This document shows, piece by piece, positions 9,182-20,000 of a stretch of 64,000 nucleotides of DNA. The stretch is taken from assembly GCA_050633245.1 (NCBI GenBank), contig JBOEGD010000010.1, positions 64,001 to 128,000 on the forward strand, written 5' to 3'. Position numbers and translations under genes: made by a program. How positions within the stretch are numbered: the stretch's first letter is position 1; the number at the start of each line of letters is the position of its first letter. The notes beneath the pieces are model-generated. The model worked only from the letters and a program-made list of their open reading frames with translations, did no database searches and was not told the origin of the DNA. Source of the stretch: Calditrichia bacterium. Its GTDB lineage: Bacteria; Calditrichota; Calditrichia; RBG-13-44-9; J075.

Positions 9182-10806
9182 GCGCAGCATTTTTCTCTGA
9201 CTCTCTTCCAGGCGTGATTGTCCTTCTCACATTACTAATCGCCTATGCTGAAATTCATTTTCGGCTGCCCGGCATTCCCGGTAAACTGTTTATGCGTGAA
9301 CCTGAGATCGTTTTCGATCTGCCAAATCGTCTTGAGCCAAACCTCCTACTCCCTGTCTACCTTTTCGTAAAAGATGCCGATAGGTTCCCGGTTTTCCTGC
9401 TAAGGATAACGATTACCATCTTTGCTGCCGATGGCCGCAAACAACAGCATGAAGTTGAAGTTATTGAAAAGATTGACAAACCGTTTTATAGCAAAACCAA
9501 TTATGTCGATCTCGGCAAGCTATCAGGTTCCGGAGAACTCTGGGTCGATGCAGTACTTGAGTACAGCTTGAACGGCAAACCTAAGGTACTTCAACAAGAC
9601 AACTACAACGGTATTTCGCATCAGCCATTCAAGCTGTTTGCCGCATCAGAATCGCTACCATCTCTTCCGCAATTGCGCTGGGGAGATGCCCATTTACATA
9701 CCCTGTATACCAATGATCAGATAGAATTTGGTGCCCCTCTTCTCGAAACAGCAGACTGTGCACGTCATTCCGGCTTACATTTTTTGGCGATTACCGACCA
9801 CAGTTACGATTTAGATGATTTTCCAGACGACTATACTCGCAACGACCCACAGCTACAAAAATGGCATACTCTTCATAAAGAAGCATTAGAAGTAGAAAAA
9901 CAAACCGGCGTCAAGTTATTGCCGGGTGAAGAAATTTCAGTTGGTAATGCGCGTGGAGAAAACGTGCACTGCCTGCTAATCGGTAATCAGACGTTTTATC
10001 CCGGTAGTGGTGATAGTGGTGAAACACCGCTGAACAATCGCCCCACCATGAATCTTGAAACACTTTTTGAAAAACTTCGCGCAGAGCCACAAACCATAAT
10101 TGCCGCGGCGCATCCTTTCGAGGAGCCGCCTGCTTCGCAGCGGCTGCTGCTAAACCGTGGCTTCTGGCATGAAGAAGATCTGGCCATGCCGCAGCTTCAC
10201 TACTGGCAAATTCTAAACGGTGTCGGGAAAGGTACCTTTCAGCGCGGCCTGAAAAAATGGAAACAAGCACTGCGCAATGGACGACGTATTGCCCTTTTGG
10301 CTGGAAATGATGCACATGGAAATTTTAATGCAGCTCGTCAAATTGTTGTGCCTCTTTACCGAATGGAACGATTAGACAGACAGGTGCTTGGCCGCATGCG
10401 AAGCGGCATTTTTGTTGATGAAGACTTTACGCGAAGTGCGCTTTTGAGTGCTCTTCGACAAGGCCGTGGTATCATATCGAATGGACCGGCACTGGCCATC
10501 TCCATGCGGCATGAAGAAACAACTTTGCTCTCAGGGGATACCGCAGCAGCAGTCAACAATGCTCGGATCACTTTAAATGGAGCAAGCAGTAGCGAATTCG
10601 GAGCCATTTCGCGTCTTTCGCTGATTATAGGAGATGTCGAAACCGGCAAAGAAACCATTAAAGATGTTGGCCTAAAAGATTCTATTCGCATTGAACATAC
10701 ATTCGAACTTGAGAAACTCCCGCAAAATGGTTACTTAAGGGCAGAAATCGAATGTGAATCAACATCTTCTTTTGCATACGCAAATCCTATCTGGCTTCAG
10801 AAGTGA
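9178..10806 (+). CDS. PHP-superfamily (CehA/McbA-like) metallohydrolase
   Basis: GDAHLHT, AITDHS, GEEIS, AAHPF and GNDAH metal-binding motifs. Confidence 0.75.
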   Translation: MSAAFFSDSLPGVIVLLTLLIAYAEIHFRLPGIPGKLFMREPEIVFDLPNRLEPNLLLPVYLFVKDADRFPVFLLRITITIFAADGRKQQHEVEVIEKIDKPFYSKTNYVDLGKLSGSGELWVDAVLEYSLNGKPKVLQQDNYNGISHQPFKLFAASESLPSLPQLRWGDAHLHTLYTNDQIEFGAPLLETADCARHSGLHFLAITDHSYDLDDFPDDYTRNDPQLQKWHTLHKEALEVEKQTGVKLLPGEEISVGNARGENVHCLLIGNQTFYPGSGDSGETPLNNRPTMNLETLFEKLRAEPQTIIAAAHPFEEPPASQRLLLNRGFWHEEDLAMPQLHYWQILNGVGKGTFQRGLKKWKQALRNGRRIALLAGNDAHGNFNAARQIVVPLYRMERLDRQVLGRMRSGIFVDEDFTRSALLSALRQGRGIISNGPALAISMRHEETTLLSGDTAAAVNNARITLNGASSSEFGAISRLSLIIGDVETGKETIKDVGLKDSIRIEHTFELEKLPQNGYLRAEIECESTSSFAYANPIWLQK

Positions 10807-10923
10807 ACCTTTTTGAAAGTTATGCTTTAAATTTAGACATATTTCTTTTTTGCCGACTGCACCCGATAGTATATATTGACGTGATATTATTCTGACACTA
10901 AACGCAGCTCGAGGGCTTTCTCA

Positions 10924-12228
10924 TTGCATAGATTCTCAACGCGAATTATTCTACTTATTACTCTGCTTGCCGCTGTATTCGGATATGCGCAAGATGCCCC
11001 TACTTCGGTTAAAATCGACACCATCGAAGTTGTCGGCAATGAACGAACACGTGATTCTGTTATTCTCCGCGAACTACATTTTAATCCTCCCTGCGAAGTA
11101 GATCAGCAAGACCTGGAGATTATTCAAAACCGATTGTCCAATCTTTTCATTTTCAATCGCGTTCAAGTTGGCGTGTTTGAAATGGATGACAAAAACATCC
11201 TGCAAATTCAGGTTACCGAAACCTGGTATCTATATCCGGTTCCGATTCTATTCTTGAACGATCGGGAATGGGATCGCATCAGTTACGGGTTTAAGTTGAC
11301 GCACTACAACTTTCGCGGCATGAACGAAAAGTTGAATGTCGGTGGATGGCTGGGATTCAATCCGTCCTTTTTCCTTAGCTATAACAATCCATGGGTTGGC
11401 ACCAAGTCGCGGTTTATTATGCGTGGTACGGTCTTCGGCAAGCGAACTCAAAACCGTTTTTCCGACGTGACTGGTGAAGGTTTTCAAGATCGACAGCTGG
11501 GCGGGAGCGTTACACTGGGGAAGCGCCTGACGCTCAATACCAGCCTGCGGGCTTCTTTTGGCATGCGTCGAATTGAATTTCCTGACGATAAGATTTCATT
11601 CTCAACATCGGGCACAAAAGTAGATTTTTTCCCCTCCGCATCACTCACGCTTAGCACCGATCACCGTGATCTCCGCGAATATCCACGCTCTGGTTATTCC
11701 GCCCGATATTCACTAATCCGTGGTGGCTTCACCGAAAACCAGGCAGACTTCTGGAGATGGGAAATGGACAATCGTGTTTACATTCCGCTTCACAAACGCT
11801 TTAGCCTGGCAGCGCGCAATTTATTAAAGTTGAACAGAGGACAACAACCAACTTATTCCTACACTTTTCTAGGCTATGGAGAGCGCATTCGCGGGTATTT
11901 TGACCGCCGTTTGCCGGCTCAAAACCTAATGCTACAAAATCTGGAAATGCGTATCAGCTTGCTTCCGGTGCGTTACTTTTCCTGGAAGGATGCACCACTG
12001 ATGTCCCAGCTTTTTCAAGATATGAAGTTCGGTATCAGCATGGGACTTCATATGGATAGTGGAACGGTTTGGGAGCGCTCGAGAGATATCGCAATCGACA
12101 ACTTTCTGACCGGTTATGGCGTAGGGCTTCACCTTCATCTACCACATATTTACCTGCTTAGGATTGACCATACCTGGAGTGATCAAGGACGGGGAGAGTG
12201 GTTAATTGAGGGCGGAGTCAGTTTCTAA
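10924..12228 (+). CDS. Omp85/BamA-TamA family outer membrane protein with one POTRA domain
   Basis: Signal peptide, GNERTRDSVILRE POTRA motif, IRGY barrel motif, C-terminal Phe. TTG start. Confidence 0.8.
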   Translation: MHRFSTRIILLITLLAAVFGYAQDAPTSVKIDTIEVVGNERTRDSVILRELHFNPPCEVDQQDLEIIQNRLSNLFIFNRVQVGVFEMDDKNILQIQVTETWYLYPVPILFLNDREWDRISYGFKLTHYNFRGMNEKLNVGGWLGFNPSFFLSYNNPWVGTKSRFIMRGTVFGKRTQNRFSDVTGEGFQDRQLGGSVTLGKRLTLNTSLRASFGMRRIEFPDDKISFSTSGTKVDFFPSASLTLSTDHRDLREYPRSGYSARYSLIRGGFTENQADFWRWEMDNRVYIPLHKRFSLAARNLLKLNRGQQPTYSYTFLGYGERIRGYFDRRLPAQNLMLQNLEMRISLLPVRYFSWKDAPLMSQLFQDMKFGISMGLHMDSGTVWERSRDIAIDNFLTGYGVGLHLHLPHIYLLRIDHTWSDQGRGEWLIEGGVSF

Positions 12229-12248
12229 CACTTCACATTTGCGAGCCC

Positions 12249-12950
12249 ATGAATACCTTTTATGCCTCAGATCTGACTAAAAACACGGCGCGACTAACTC
12301 TTTCTGAAGAGGAAGCCAAACATGCCCTGCAGGTAAAGCGCCTGAAGACGGGCTCTTCTGTCGTTCTCGTCAATGGCAGTGGAATAAAAGCAGTTGCAAC
12401 CATTGTGGAGATCAATCGCAGACAGTGCATTTGTGAAGTGGAATCAATTGAAGAAATCGACCCGCCAAAGGCACAAACTCTTACCGTTGCCATATCCACA
12501 ATCCGTCCGAATCGCATGGATTATGTTGCTGAAAAGTTGTGCGAATTGGGAGTCGGTCATATTCAATTTCTCTACACCGAGCATACCAGCATACGAACAT
12601 TCAAGCAAAAGCATCTTACCAAAATTGCCATTAGTGCAATGAAGCAGAGCAGGCAGGCCTGGCTTTCGACGCTTAGCGCCCCGATTGCACTAAACGACTG
12701 GCTGAAGCATTCTAACACGGCAGACTTAAGAGTTATTGCGCACTTTCATCAGCAAGCAACAGTACTTTCTGAACTGCCATCTGCAGTGCGTTCGAAGGTG
12801 CTTTTGATTGGACCGGAAGGCGGATTTTCTGATGCTGAAGTTGGCATGTGTTTGTCGGCCGGGTTCAAGCCGCTTTTATTGGGGGATACTATTCTGCGCG
12901 CCGAGACGGCGGCAGTTGTAGGAGCAGGGCTGCTATTGAGTCTCGACTAA
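12249..12950 (+). CDS. rsmE: 16S rRNA m3U1498 methyltransferase
   Basis: HALQVKR, EKLCELGV, IGPEGGFS and ILRAETA SPOUT motifs. Confidence 0.93.
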   Translation: MNTFYASDLTKNTARLTLSEEEAKHALQVKRLKTGSSVVLVNGSGIKAVATIVEINRRQCICEVESIEEIDPPKAQTLTVAISTIRPNRMDYVAEKLCELGVGHIQFLYTEHTSIRTFKQKHLTKIAISAMKQSRQAWLSTLSAPIALNDWLKHSNTADLRVIAHFHQQATVLSELPSAVRSKVLLIGPEGGFSDAEVGMCLSAGFKPLLLGDTILRAETAAVVGAGLLLSLD

Positions 12951-12974
12951 CCAGAATCCTCATTATTCTCAAAC

Positions 12975-13421
12975 CTAAGCGTTTTCTTTCTCTACAGATT
13001 GAGCTGCCCGAAACGTCCACATGTCGTTCAAGTAATAGTTTAACAGCGCACCGGTGGCAATCCCGAATAAATTCGACACCAAATAATTCAGTCCGAAAAA
13101 CTCTGACAAGAGAATAAGCATCCCCCAATTTCCTATAAACGCCGTTAAACCCGCAGCGATATGATAATTCCTTAATCGCTCGAACAAGGGAGTCTCTTTG
13201 CGATCTGCCCACGTCCAGGCATTGTTCAGAGTGAAGTTAAAAAGGATGGATAGTTCTATTGCAAACAAACTTGAAACGGTGTAGTGAAACTGCCCAAACT
13301 CTGTGAATAGGTAGATCACGAGCATATTCACGACTACACCACTGCCCCCAACCGCAGCAAATTTGGCGAAGCGCTTGTTTAAAAACTTTATAAAGACTGC
13401 GTTAATCTGTTCTAAAAACAT
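12975..13421 (-). CDS. GtrA family membrane protein
   Basis: KFAAVG, four TM helices, N...WTW and NY...WTF motifs. Confidence 0.88.
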   Translation of the reverse strand: MFLEQINAVFIKFLNKRFAKFAAVGGSGVVVNMLVIYLFTEFGQFHYTVSSLFAIELSILFNFTLNNAWTWADRKETPLFERLRNYHIAAGLTAFIGNWGMLILLSEFFGLNYLVSNLFGIATGALLNYYLNDMWTFRAAQSVEKENA

Positions 13422-13423
13422 AG

Positions 13424-15091
13424 CTACTTACGACTGTTATTTTGTAAAGTCCACAAATCTACCACACCAAACCGTTCATTCTCATATAAAACGCTATCCC
13501 ACGCCACATCCGGGTGTCTCTCGAAGACGAAGTAGCGAATGTTCTCGTTTCTTGCTGCAGAGACTGCATTATTTCTGTACAACTCGGGTAGGCTCCAGCG
13601 ATTAAAAGGAAGTCCCACACCCATTTTCTGCATACGCACCCACCAGCGAAAGATAGTTTTTTTGGAATAATTATGCGGCGCGCCGTCTTTATAACTACCA
13701 TAAATAGAGCGCAAAGAATGCGAGCGGAATCCAGGACGATAGATCGGCGTCATTATAGTCTCACTAACAGGGACATTCTCCTGACACCACAGCTGCACCT
13801 CTTCCCATGGGCTTGCACCAGTCACATCAAACCACCGTCCCGTTGCACTATGCCGCTCGATGACCACATGAGTGGTTATAACAAGAACCAGTATCCAGGC
13901 TAAATTAAGATAGTTTTTCTGCCAACCGGACTGCCCTTTCCAAAGAATATAGATAAGGCCCGCAATAGCAAGCGCAACCAGAGCCCAGCGAATGGGATTC
14001 GAGCGATCTCCTACTGCCCCCTGCAGTAGTAAGACCAATGGCACAAGAATCAACAGTGCAGCAGGGCCACGCAGCTTTTCTGCGGGCATATCCCAAAGTC
14101 TGTCGATAATAAAAGCGGCAACAATTACCAATAGTAGAAACGAATTTCTCGCCAACTGAAGCTGTAAGAAGAACTTAATCGAAAAGAGTTCAGCAATTGC
14201 CATCAACACAAGCGCAGTCAACACCGCAAAAACCATTGGCAACAGGCGTTTGAAAGACGGATGTTTGTGAAAAGCCAGGATGCCACCAACGGCTAGCACG
14301 AGGTGAATAATACGATCGGGCACCCACTGAAAAATAAAAAACGAAATCGACATGCGAAACTGAACCAGCTCCAGCCAAAGTTCTCTATCGAAGGGTGCGG
14401 TTTGTTCCGAAAACATGTGAATCAAATGCGATGCCCAGGCTGGTGCAGAAATCGTTAAAAACAACACACCACTAAAGAACAACGTTTTGAATGGGACTCT
14501 GCGTAAATCAATCAGCATTCGAAATGCCAGGATCATTGCGCCGTATAGCGCAGTAAATGGATGGAAAAGGAAGATAAATCCCAGAACCGCAGAACCAGAT
14601 AGCCAATAACCACGATCAATTAAACTATAGCCAATAAGCAGAACACCAAAGGCCAGTGCCCCGGGATGAAAATATTCGTAAGGATTTAGACCGTAACGCC
14701 CCATTGCAGCAGATAACGCAGGAACCACTAACGTAAGAAGCAATAATATCCACCCGGAGTTCCCCGGAAAAAACGTTTGATAGAAGAAACGGTAAGCGAA
14801 GGTCAACAAAGTAATTTGCGCAAAAAAGAGAAAGAGAAATAACAGCTGGATATCGACTAAGTTAAGCAACAGAGCGAAAGTCTGCCAGATATAAACCGGG
14901 TGATCGGCCAGAGTTTCTACCAGCAGATCATTTGCAAATAAAGTATTGTCGAAATGGTGCCATACAAATGGCACATATGTCGAAAGGTCACCGACGCCAA
15001 AATGATAGCCCTGGAGTGCAGCCAGAAAGATTATCAACCAGAGTTGCCAATTGCTACGCAGCCACTGCAAATATGTAGTAAAAGCAAACAT
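13424..15091 (-). CDS. Polytopic membrane protein, DUF6798-like (possible GT-C fold)
   Basis: Many TM helices, LFANDL and FHP motifs, soluble C-terminal domain with GFRSHSLRSIYGSYKDG. Confidence 0.55.
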   Translation of the reverse strand: MFAFTTYLQWLRSNWQLWLIIFLAALQGYHFGVGDLSTYVPFVWHHFDNTLFANDLLVETLADHPVYIWQTFALLLNLVDIQLLFLFLFFAQITLLTFAYRFFYQTFFPGNSGWILLLLTLVVPALSAAMGRYGLNPYEYFHPGALAFGVLLIGYSLIDRGYWLSGSAVLGFIFLFHPFTALYGAMILAFRMLIDLRRVPFKTLFFSGVLFLTISAPAWASHLIHMFSEQTAPFDRELWLELVQFRMSISFFIFQWVPDRIIHLVLAVGGILAFHKHPSFKRLLPMVFAVLTALVLMAIAELFSIKFFLQLQLARNSFLLLVIVAAFIIDRLWDMPAEKLRGPAALLILVPLVLLLQGAVGDRSNPIRWALVALAIAGLIYILWKGQSGWQKNYLNLAWILVLVITTHVVIERHSATGRWFDVTGASPWEEVQLWCQENVPVSETIMTPIYRPGFRSHSLRSIYGSYKDGAPHNYSKKTIFRWWVRMQKMGVGLPFNRWSLPELYRNNAVSAARNENIRYFVFERHPDVAWDSVLYENERFGVVDLWTLQNNSRK

Positions 15092-15310
15092 ACTTCCTCT
15101 TCACTATAAAACGAGCGCCTGAGAAATTACGCTTCTTTTGGGATTTGCACAATACAAATAAAAACGTCGTAAATGGCACTAAACGAATGCGAGGAGCTAT
15201 CAGTCAACCAAGAGATTATTTAATTGGGGAATGCTGTGGGTATAAAAATTTTGCAGCGAGTCTGATGATATTTTACACGGCACGAGATATTTTTTCTTTA
15301 GTTTGACGCA

Positions 15311-15339
15311 GTGTTGCAGCCATCCATCAGCTGCAACAC
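15311..15339. terminator. Hairpin downstream of the hybrid kinase
   Basis: Perfect 10-bp stem GTGTTGCAGC/GCTGCAACAC. No clear U tract. Confidence 0.35.
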
Positions 15340-15344
15340 GATCA

Positions 15345-16553
15345 TCAAAAAGCGGAGTTTGCAAACTCAGATCTGGGGATTGCTATTTTCTCGCTTGCTT
15401 CTTCGCGTTTTTTGGGGATTGTGAAGTGAAATGTCGTGCCTTCACCCAGTTCGGACTCGAACCAAATTTCACCATCATGCAGTTGAATGACCTTTTTACA
15501 AATAGATAAGCCAATCCCATTGCCCTTATACTCATTTCTGGTGTTCAATCGCTGAAAAACAGCAAAGATTCGCTCGTTGAAATCAGTGTTGATACCAATT
15601 CCGTTGTCCTGTATAGAAAACTCCCAGTCATTCTCTTTCTCTTCGACTCCAAAATGAATACTTGGGGTTTCTTCTGTACAAAATTTCAGGGCGTTGCTGA
15701 AGAGGTTCTGCAAAACCTGGGTAAGTAACGAGGGAACGGCATAAAGTTCAGGTAGAACATCATTGGTTATTTTCGGATTGCATTCCTCAATAAGTGCACT
15801 CAGATTTCGCAATGCACTGTCAAACAAGTTGTTACCATCTACGGTTTCGAACACCAACTCCGTTTTGCCAACACGGCAATAGTGTAACAAATCATTAATG
15901 AGACTGCTCATCCGGCTCGCACCATCACTAATGTAATAAATGTACTCTTTAGCCTTATCGTCTAGCTGATTCTCATATCTTTTTCCCAGAAGCTCGGTGA
16001 AATTCCCCACCATGCGTATAGGCTCCTGCAGATCATGTGAAGCCAGGTAAGCAAACTGTTGCAGCTCTTCATTAGATCGCATTAGTTCTTGGTTAGAAAG
16101 GCGTAATTCTTCGGATTGCCTGGCGAGTAAGAGTTCAGCTTTCATCCGTTTTTTCTTCTCTTCACGTTCTTGATGAGCACGACTTATGGCCGGAATAAGG
16201 CGGTTAATTCGATGCTTTAACACATAGTCTGTGGCACCGCTTATCAAACTGTTTATAGCTAATTCTTCGCCTATATTACCCGACAAAAAAATGAATGGAA
16301 TATCCGGGCAAACTTCCCGGGCAATCTTCAGCGCCGAAATGCCATCAAAAGATGGTAACGAATAGTCAGCGAGAATAATATCGTAGTCCTTTTCTTCCAA
16401 AGCTTCTATGTAATCGACTCGATTGTCCACACATACAAACGTAGCATTTACATAGGTTTTTCTCAACAATAGCTGAACGAGTTCTGCATCTTTGGGATTA
16501 TCTTCCAGATGAAGAACGTGAAGCGCTATTTCCGCGAGCTCATTTGCTTCCAT
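15345..16553 (-). CDS. Receiver domain-histidine kinase hybrid
   Basis: N-terminal REC (LED, ADYSLP, K), ASHDLQEP H-box, DNGIG and GIGL boxes. Confidence 0.92.
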   Translation of the reverse strand: MEANELAEIALHVLHLEDNPKDAELVQLLLRKTYVNATFVCVDNRVDYIEALEEKDYDIILADYSLPSFDGISALKIAREVCPDIPFIFLSGNIGEELAINSLISGATDYVLKHRINRLIPAISRAHQEREEKKKRMKAELLLARQSEELRLSNQELMRSNEELQQFAYLASHDLQEPIRMVGNFTELLGKRYENQLDDKAKEYIYYISDGASRMSSLINDLLHYCRVGKTELVFETVDGNNLFDSALRNLSALIEECNPKITNDVLPELYAVPSLLTQVLQNLFSNALKFCTEETPSIHFGVEEKENDWEFSIQDNGIGINTDFNERIFAVFQRLNTRNEYKGNGIGLSICKKVIQLHDGEIWFESELGEGTTFHFTIPKKREEASEKIAIPRSEFANSAF

Positions 16554-16565
16554 AAATTGCTCCCC

Positions 16566-17003
16566 TTACGCCGGTACTTCGTTGATATGTGCCCAAAAAT
16601 GGCCGAGCTGCTTAAGTGAGTCACTGAATTTTTTATAATCAACCGGCTTAACAACATATGCGTTAACGCCCAGACTGTAGCTTTTAGTCTTATCGATCTC
16701 TTCTCTTGATGAGGTCAACATTACAACCGGAATATTTGCTGCTCCCGGATCGGATTTTATTTGTTCGAGTACTTCTAAGCCATTGATCCTGGGCATCTTT
16801 AGATCCAGTAGTATTACAATCGGATCACCCGTTTGTCTGGTTACAAAACGGCCTCTTTTAAATACATACTCCAGTGCCTCCTGACCATCACGCACTACTT
16901 CAATAGCCATATTAAGATTTGCTTTTTTTAATGCCATAAGCGTAAGCTCCATATCCTGTTCATTGTCTTCAGCCAACAGGATGTGCTTCTGTAACATTTC
17001 CAC
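16566..17003 (-). CDS. Single-domain response regulator (Rcp1-like)
   Basis: AEDN, LLDLKMP, MLTSS, YVVKP, FW motifs. Confidence 0.92.
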   Translation of the reverse strand: MEMLQKHILLAEDNEQDMELTLMALKKANLNMAIEVVRDGQEALEYVFKRGRFVTRQTGDPIVILLDLKMPRINGLEVLEQIKSDPGAANIPVVMLTSSREEIDKTKSYSLGVNAYVVKPVDYKKFSDSLKQLGHFWAHINEVPA

Positions 17004-20000
17004 TTGTTACTCCTTCTTTCTTATTGGGAAGTGAAAAGTAGAATGTGGTTCCCTGATTAACAGCTCCCTCAGCCCAAATTCGTCCTCCGTGGCGGAGAAT
17101 AATACGTTTGGAGCTTGCGAGACCAACACCCGTTCCTTCAAACTCGTCATCACGATGCAGTCGTTGGAACAACCCAAACAGCTTGTCGACATAAGCCATG
17201 TCAAATCCTGCACCATTGTCCTTAACAAAGATTATCGCTTCATCCTCTTTCTGATCATCCGTGCGATACTCGTCTTGTTGCAATTCACCAACTTCAATTA
17301 CCGCTTCTTCACGTCCACCAGAGTATTTTACAGCATTTGAAAGCAAGTTTACGATTACCTGCTTTAGCATTGCGCGATCTCCAACAACATTGGGGAGTGG
17401 ATGAACATGCCATACAATGTACCTTCCTGCAATTTCAGGAATAAGCTCGTTGCGCACCTCCGATACCAGCTGCTCCAAATTAACCATTTGACGACTAAAT
17501 TCCGTCCTTCCCATCCGTGAAAATGCCAGAAGATCATCTATTAGTTTGCCCATACGGTTTCCGGCATCCATAACTAACTTCATAAAGCGCGTGCTATCTT
17601 CATCGAGTGTTTCTTCGATTCGTTCACGGAGTGCTTCCATAAAACCATTCATATGACGAAGAGGAGCACGCAAGTCATGAGAAACGGAATAACTAAAAGC
17701 CTCGAGTTCCCGATTGGACGCCTCAAGTTGGGAGGTCCGTTCTTTAACGCGATCTTCGAGTTCTTCATTCAGCTTAAAAATTTGCGCCTCGGCATGTTTT
17801 TTCTCGGTAACATCGACATACATTCCGACCCAATTTGTTATATTACCTTCTGGATTCAAGACCGGTGTTCCGGCATAATCATAAATTCGATACTCACCAT
17901 TCGAAGTCAAAAAACGACATTCACCGTAGTAACTCTTACCTTCTCGACTTGCCTGCTCACGCTTATTCATGAACTCTTCAATGTCATTTGGATGAATATG
18001 ATCTTTCCAGCCGATGCCCAGGGATGCTCGTTTATCTCTATTCGTCAGCTTATACCAGGCGCTATTGAGAAAAGTGACTTTTCCAGCCTTGTCTGCCAAC
18101 CAAACAATATGAGGGATAGTCTCGATCAGTGTGCGATAGAGATGTTCCTGGAAAGACAATTTTTCCGCTGCCCTCGCCCGTTCCGTTACATCGCTTGCAA
18201 TAATCACTACCTTTTCCACTTTTTCATTCGTAAGAATGGGATTTACCGAGCAGGAATATGACAGTTTTTTTCCCTGTGGATTTTTCGTATTAATAGCGTA
18301 GCGAGTTGGCTGCCGGGTCTGAAATGTCTTTTCGAGGCTTTCCCTGATAATATCAGCATTTTCTTTTTCAACATGTTCATAGATACTGGAATTCAGTAAA
18401 GCATTAGAATCATATCCATCAGCAGCTTTGTTAACCAGCAGAATCTCTGCTTTCTCATTTACAACCATAATCACCTCACTAACCGACTCAAAAACGGTAT
18501 GCCAGAACAATTCAGATTGCTTTAATTCAGCATTTTTTTCTACAACACGAGACTTCAACACCGCATTCAATTCTTTTAGTTGAATTGCCTGGCGTTTCGC
18601 AGTTTGAGAAAGTCTTGTTGAGGTCATCAAAAGAACGGTTGTAAGAAGGCCGAAAAACAAACTGAGACGAGGCAGTGCTGTTTCCTTCCCGGCAATAAAA
18701 TCGGGTGTCGGGTAGAGACGCATATTCCAAATGCGATTAAAAAGTGTTAGTTCGGTTTTTTGTGCAAAGTGCTCTACGCGGTTGCTCTTTGCACTGGAAT
18801 AGATAGTTCTGTTGTTTTTTACAATAGATATCAGAAAGGAGTTACCAAAGTTTTCACCCTGCGCATAGTCCAAGAGTACGTCCAATCGATAAACGCCTGT
18901 CAGAAATCCATCAAACCTTCCGCCAGTCGTCTTCAACGGGATATAGACCAAGAAGCACTCTTTTCCAGATTCCAGTTCGAGGAAATCGGACAGGTAGACT
19001 TTACTTTCAAGTTCCTCGGACTCGAGAGGTTTAAAAATATTCCGATTGCTGTGTAATAAAGATTCAACCGCAGTCGGTCCCTCATGCTCCGTGACAAGCC
19101 AACGTAACTGCGTCGATTTGTCTAACCACGCCAGCGCCTCCATTTGCGGAAATTGATTTACGTAATTTTCTGCATCTTCTTGAAAAAAGGACGGCTTTTT
19201 AATGTCTTGTTTCAGCCAGCGATCGCTCATCCGCTTCAAGGCAAGAACTGATGAATTAAAAATAGCGCTCGTTGTATTATTAACCTTATCGGCTTCGACC
19301 TGCAAGACGTCATTGATTCTAACATTTTCCTGAACAATCAGCGCATACGATAAACACAGTGCAACTGTTAGGATTGCAATACCAGCCGGCAGCGGAAGCC
19401 AGTAGAAATTGGGATCTTCACTCAGAAGTTCCTTTCGCCACAGGCATGCAAGAAGTCCGGAGCCAATAATAGCGAAGCCTGCTGCGGTGTGGAACGCCAT
19501 TCTGGTTGCTTCTCCCCAACCATATGTCGATTCTGTGGATATGATATACCCGAAAAGCGCAACCGCGCTGAAACTGATAATCAATGCACTTAGAATAGAA
19601 ACGATAAATGACTTTCGGTTGGTAGATTCTGATTTCAACAAAAGGAGTAACGATACACCGGTCAAAACAAAGCAAAAGGCAGTATTGGGAGCCATCCGTC
19701 CCGAATCGGACGTTCTAACCATAATATCATGTTGTATGAAAAGTTCATCAATCCCGAAGTTTATCCCAACAACATATTCAATTATGGTTAGGATGCCTGC
19801 CAAAAGAGGCAAAACGGCACACACAAAGACGATTTTTTTACGGCCAAATAAAATAGCCAGAAGTGCTAAACCTGAAAGAAATATACACAATGCGGTGTTA
19901 TATTGCATTGGTGCATACATTGGCAGAACTTGCACAAGAGCCTCTAAATGAAGATGCCATCCCAACATCACAAGCAACCCCAAAAGCACGGCACAAAGTC

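Noticed and set aside
17653-18261. 202-aa plus-strand ORF and similar antisense ORFs (e.g. 4959-5390, 19409-19951, 49116-49577)
   Set aside because: They lie fully antisense to well-supported genes and show no motifs, so they are treated as shadow frames.
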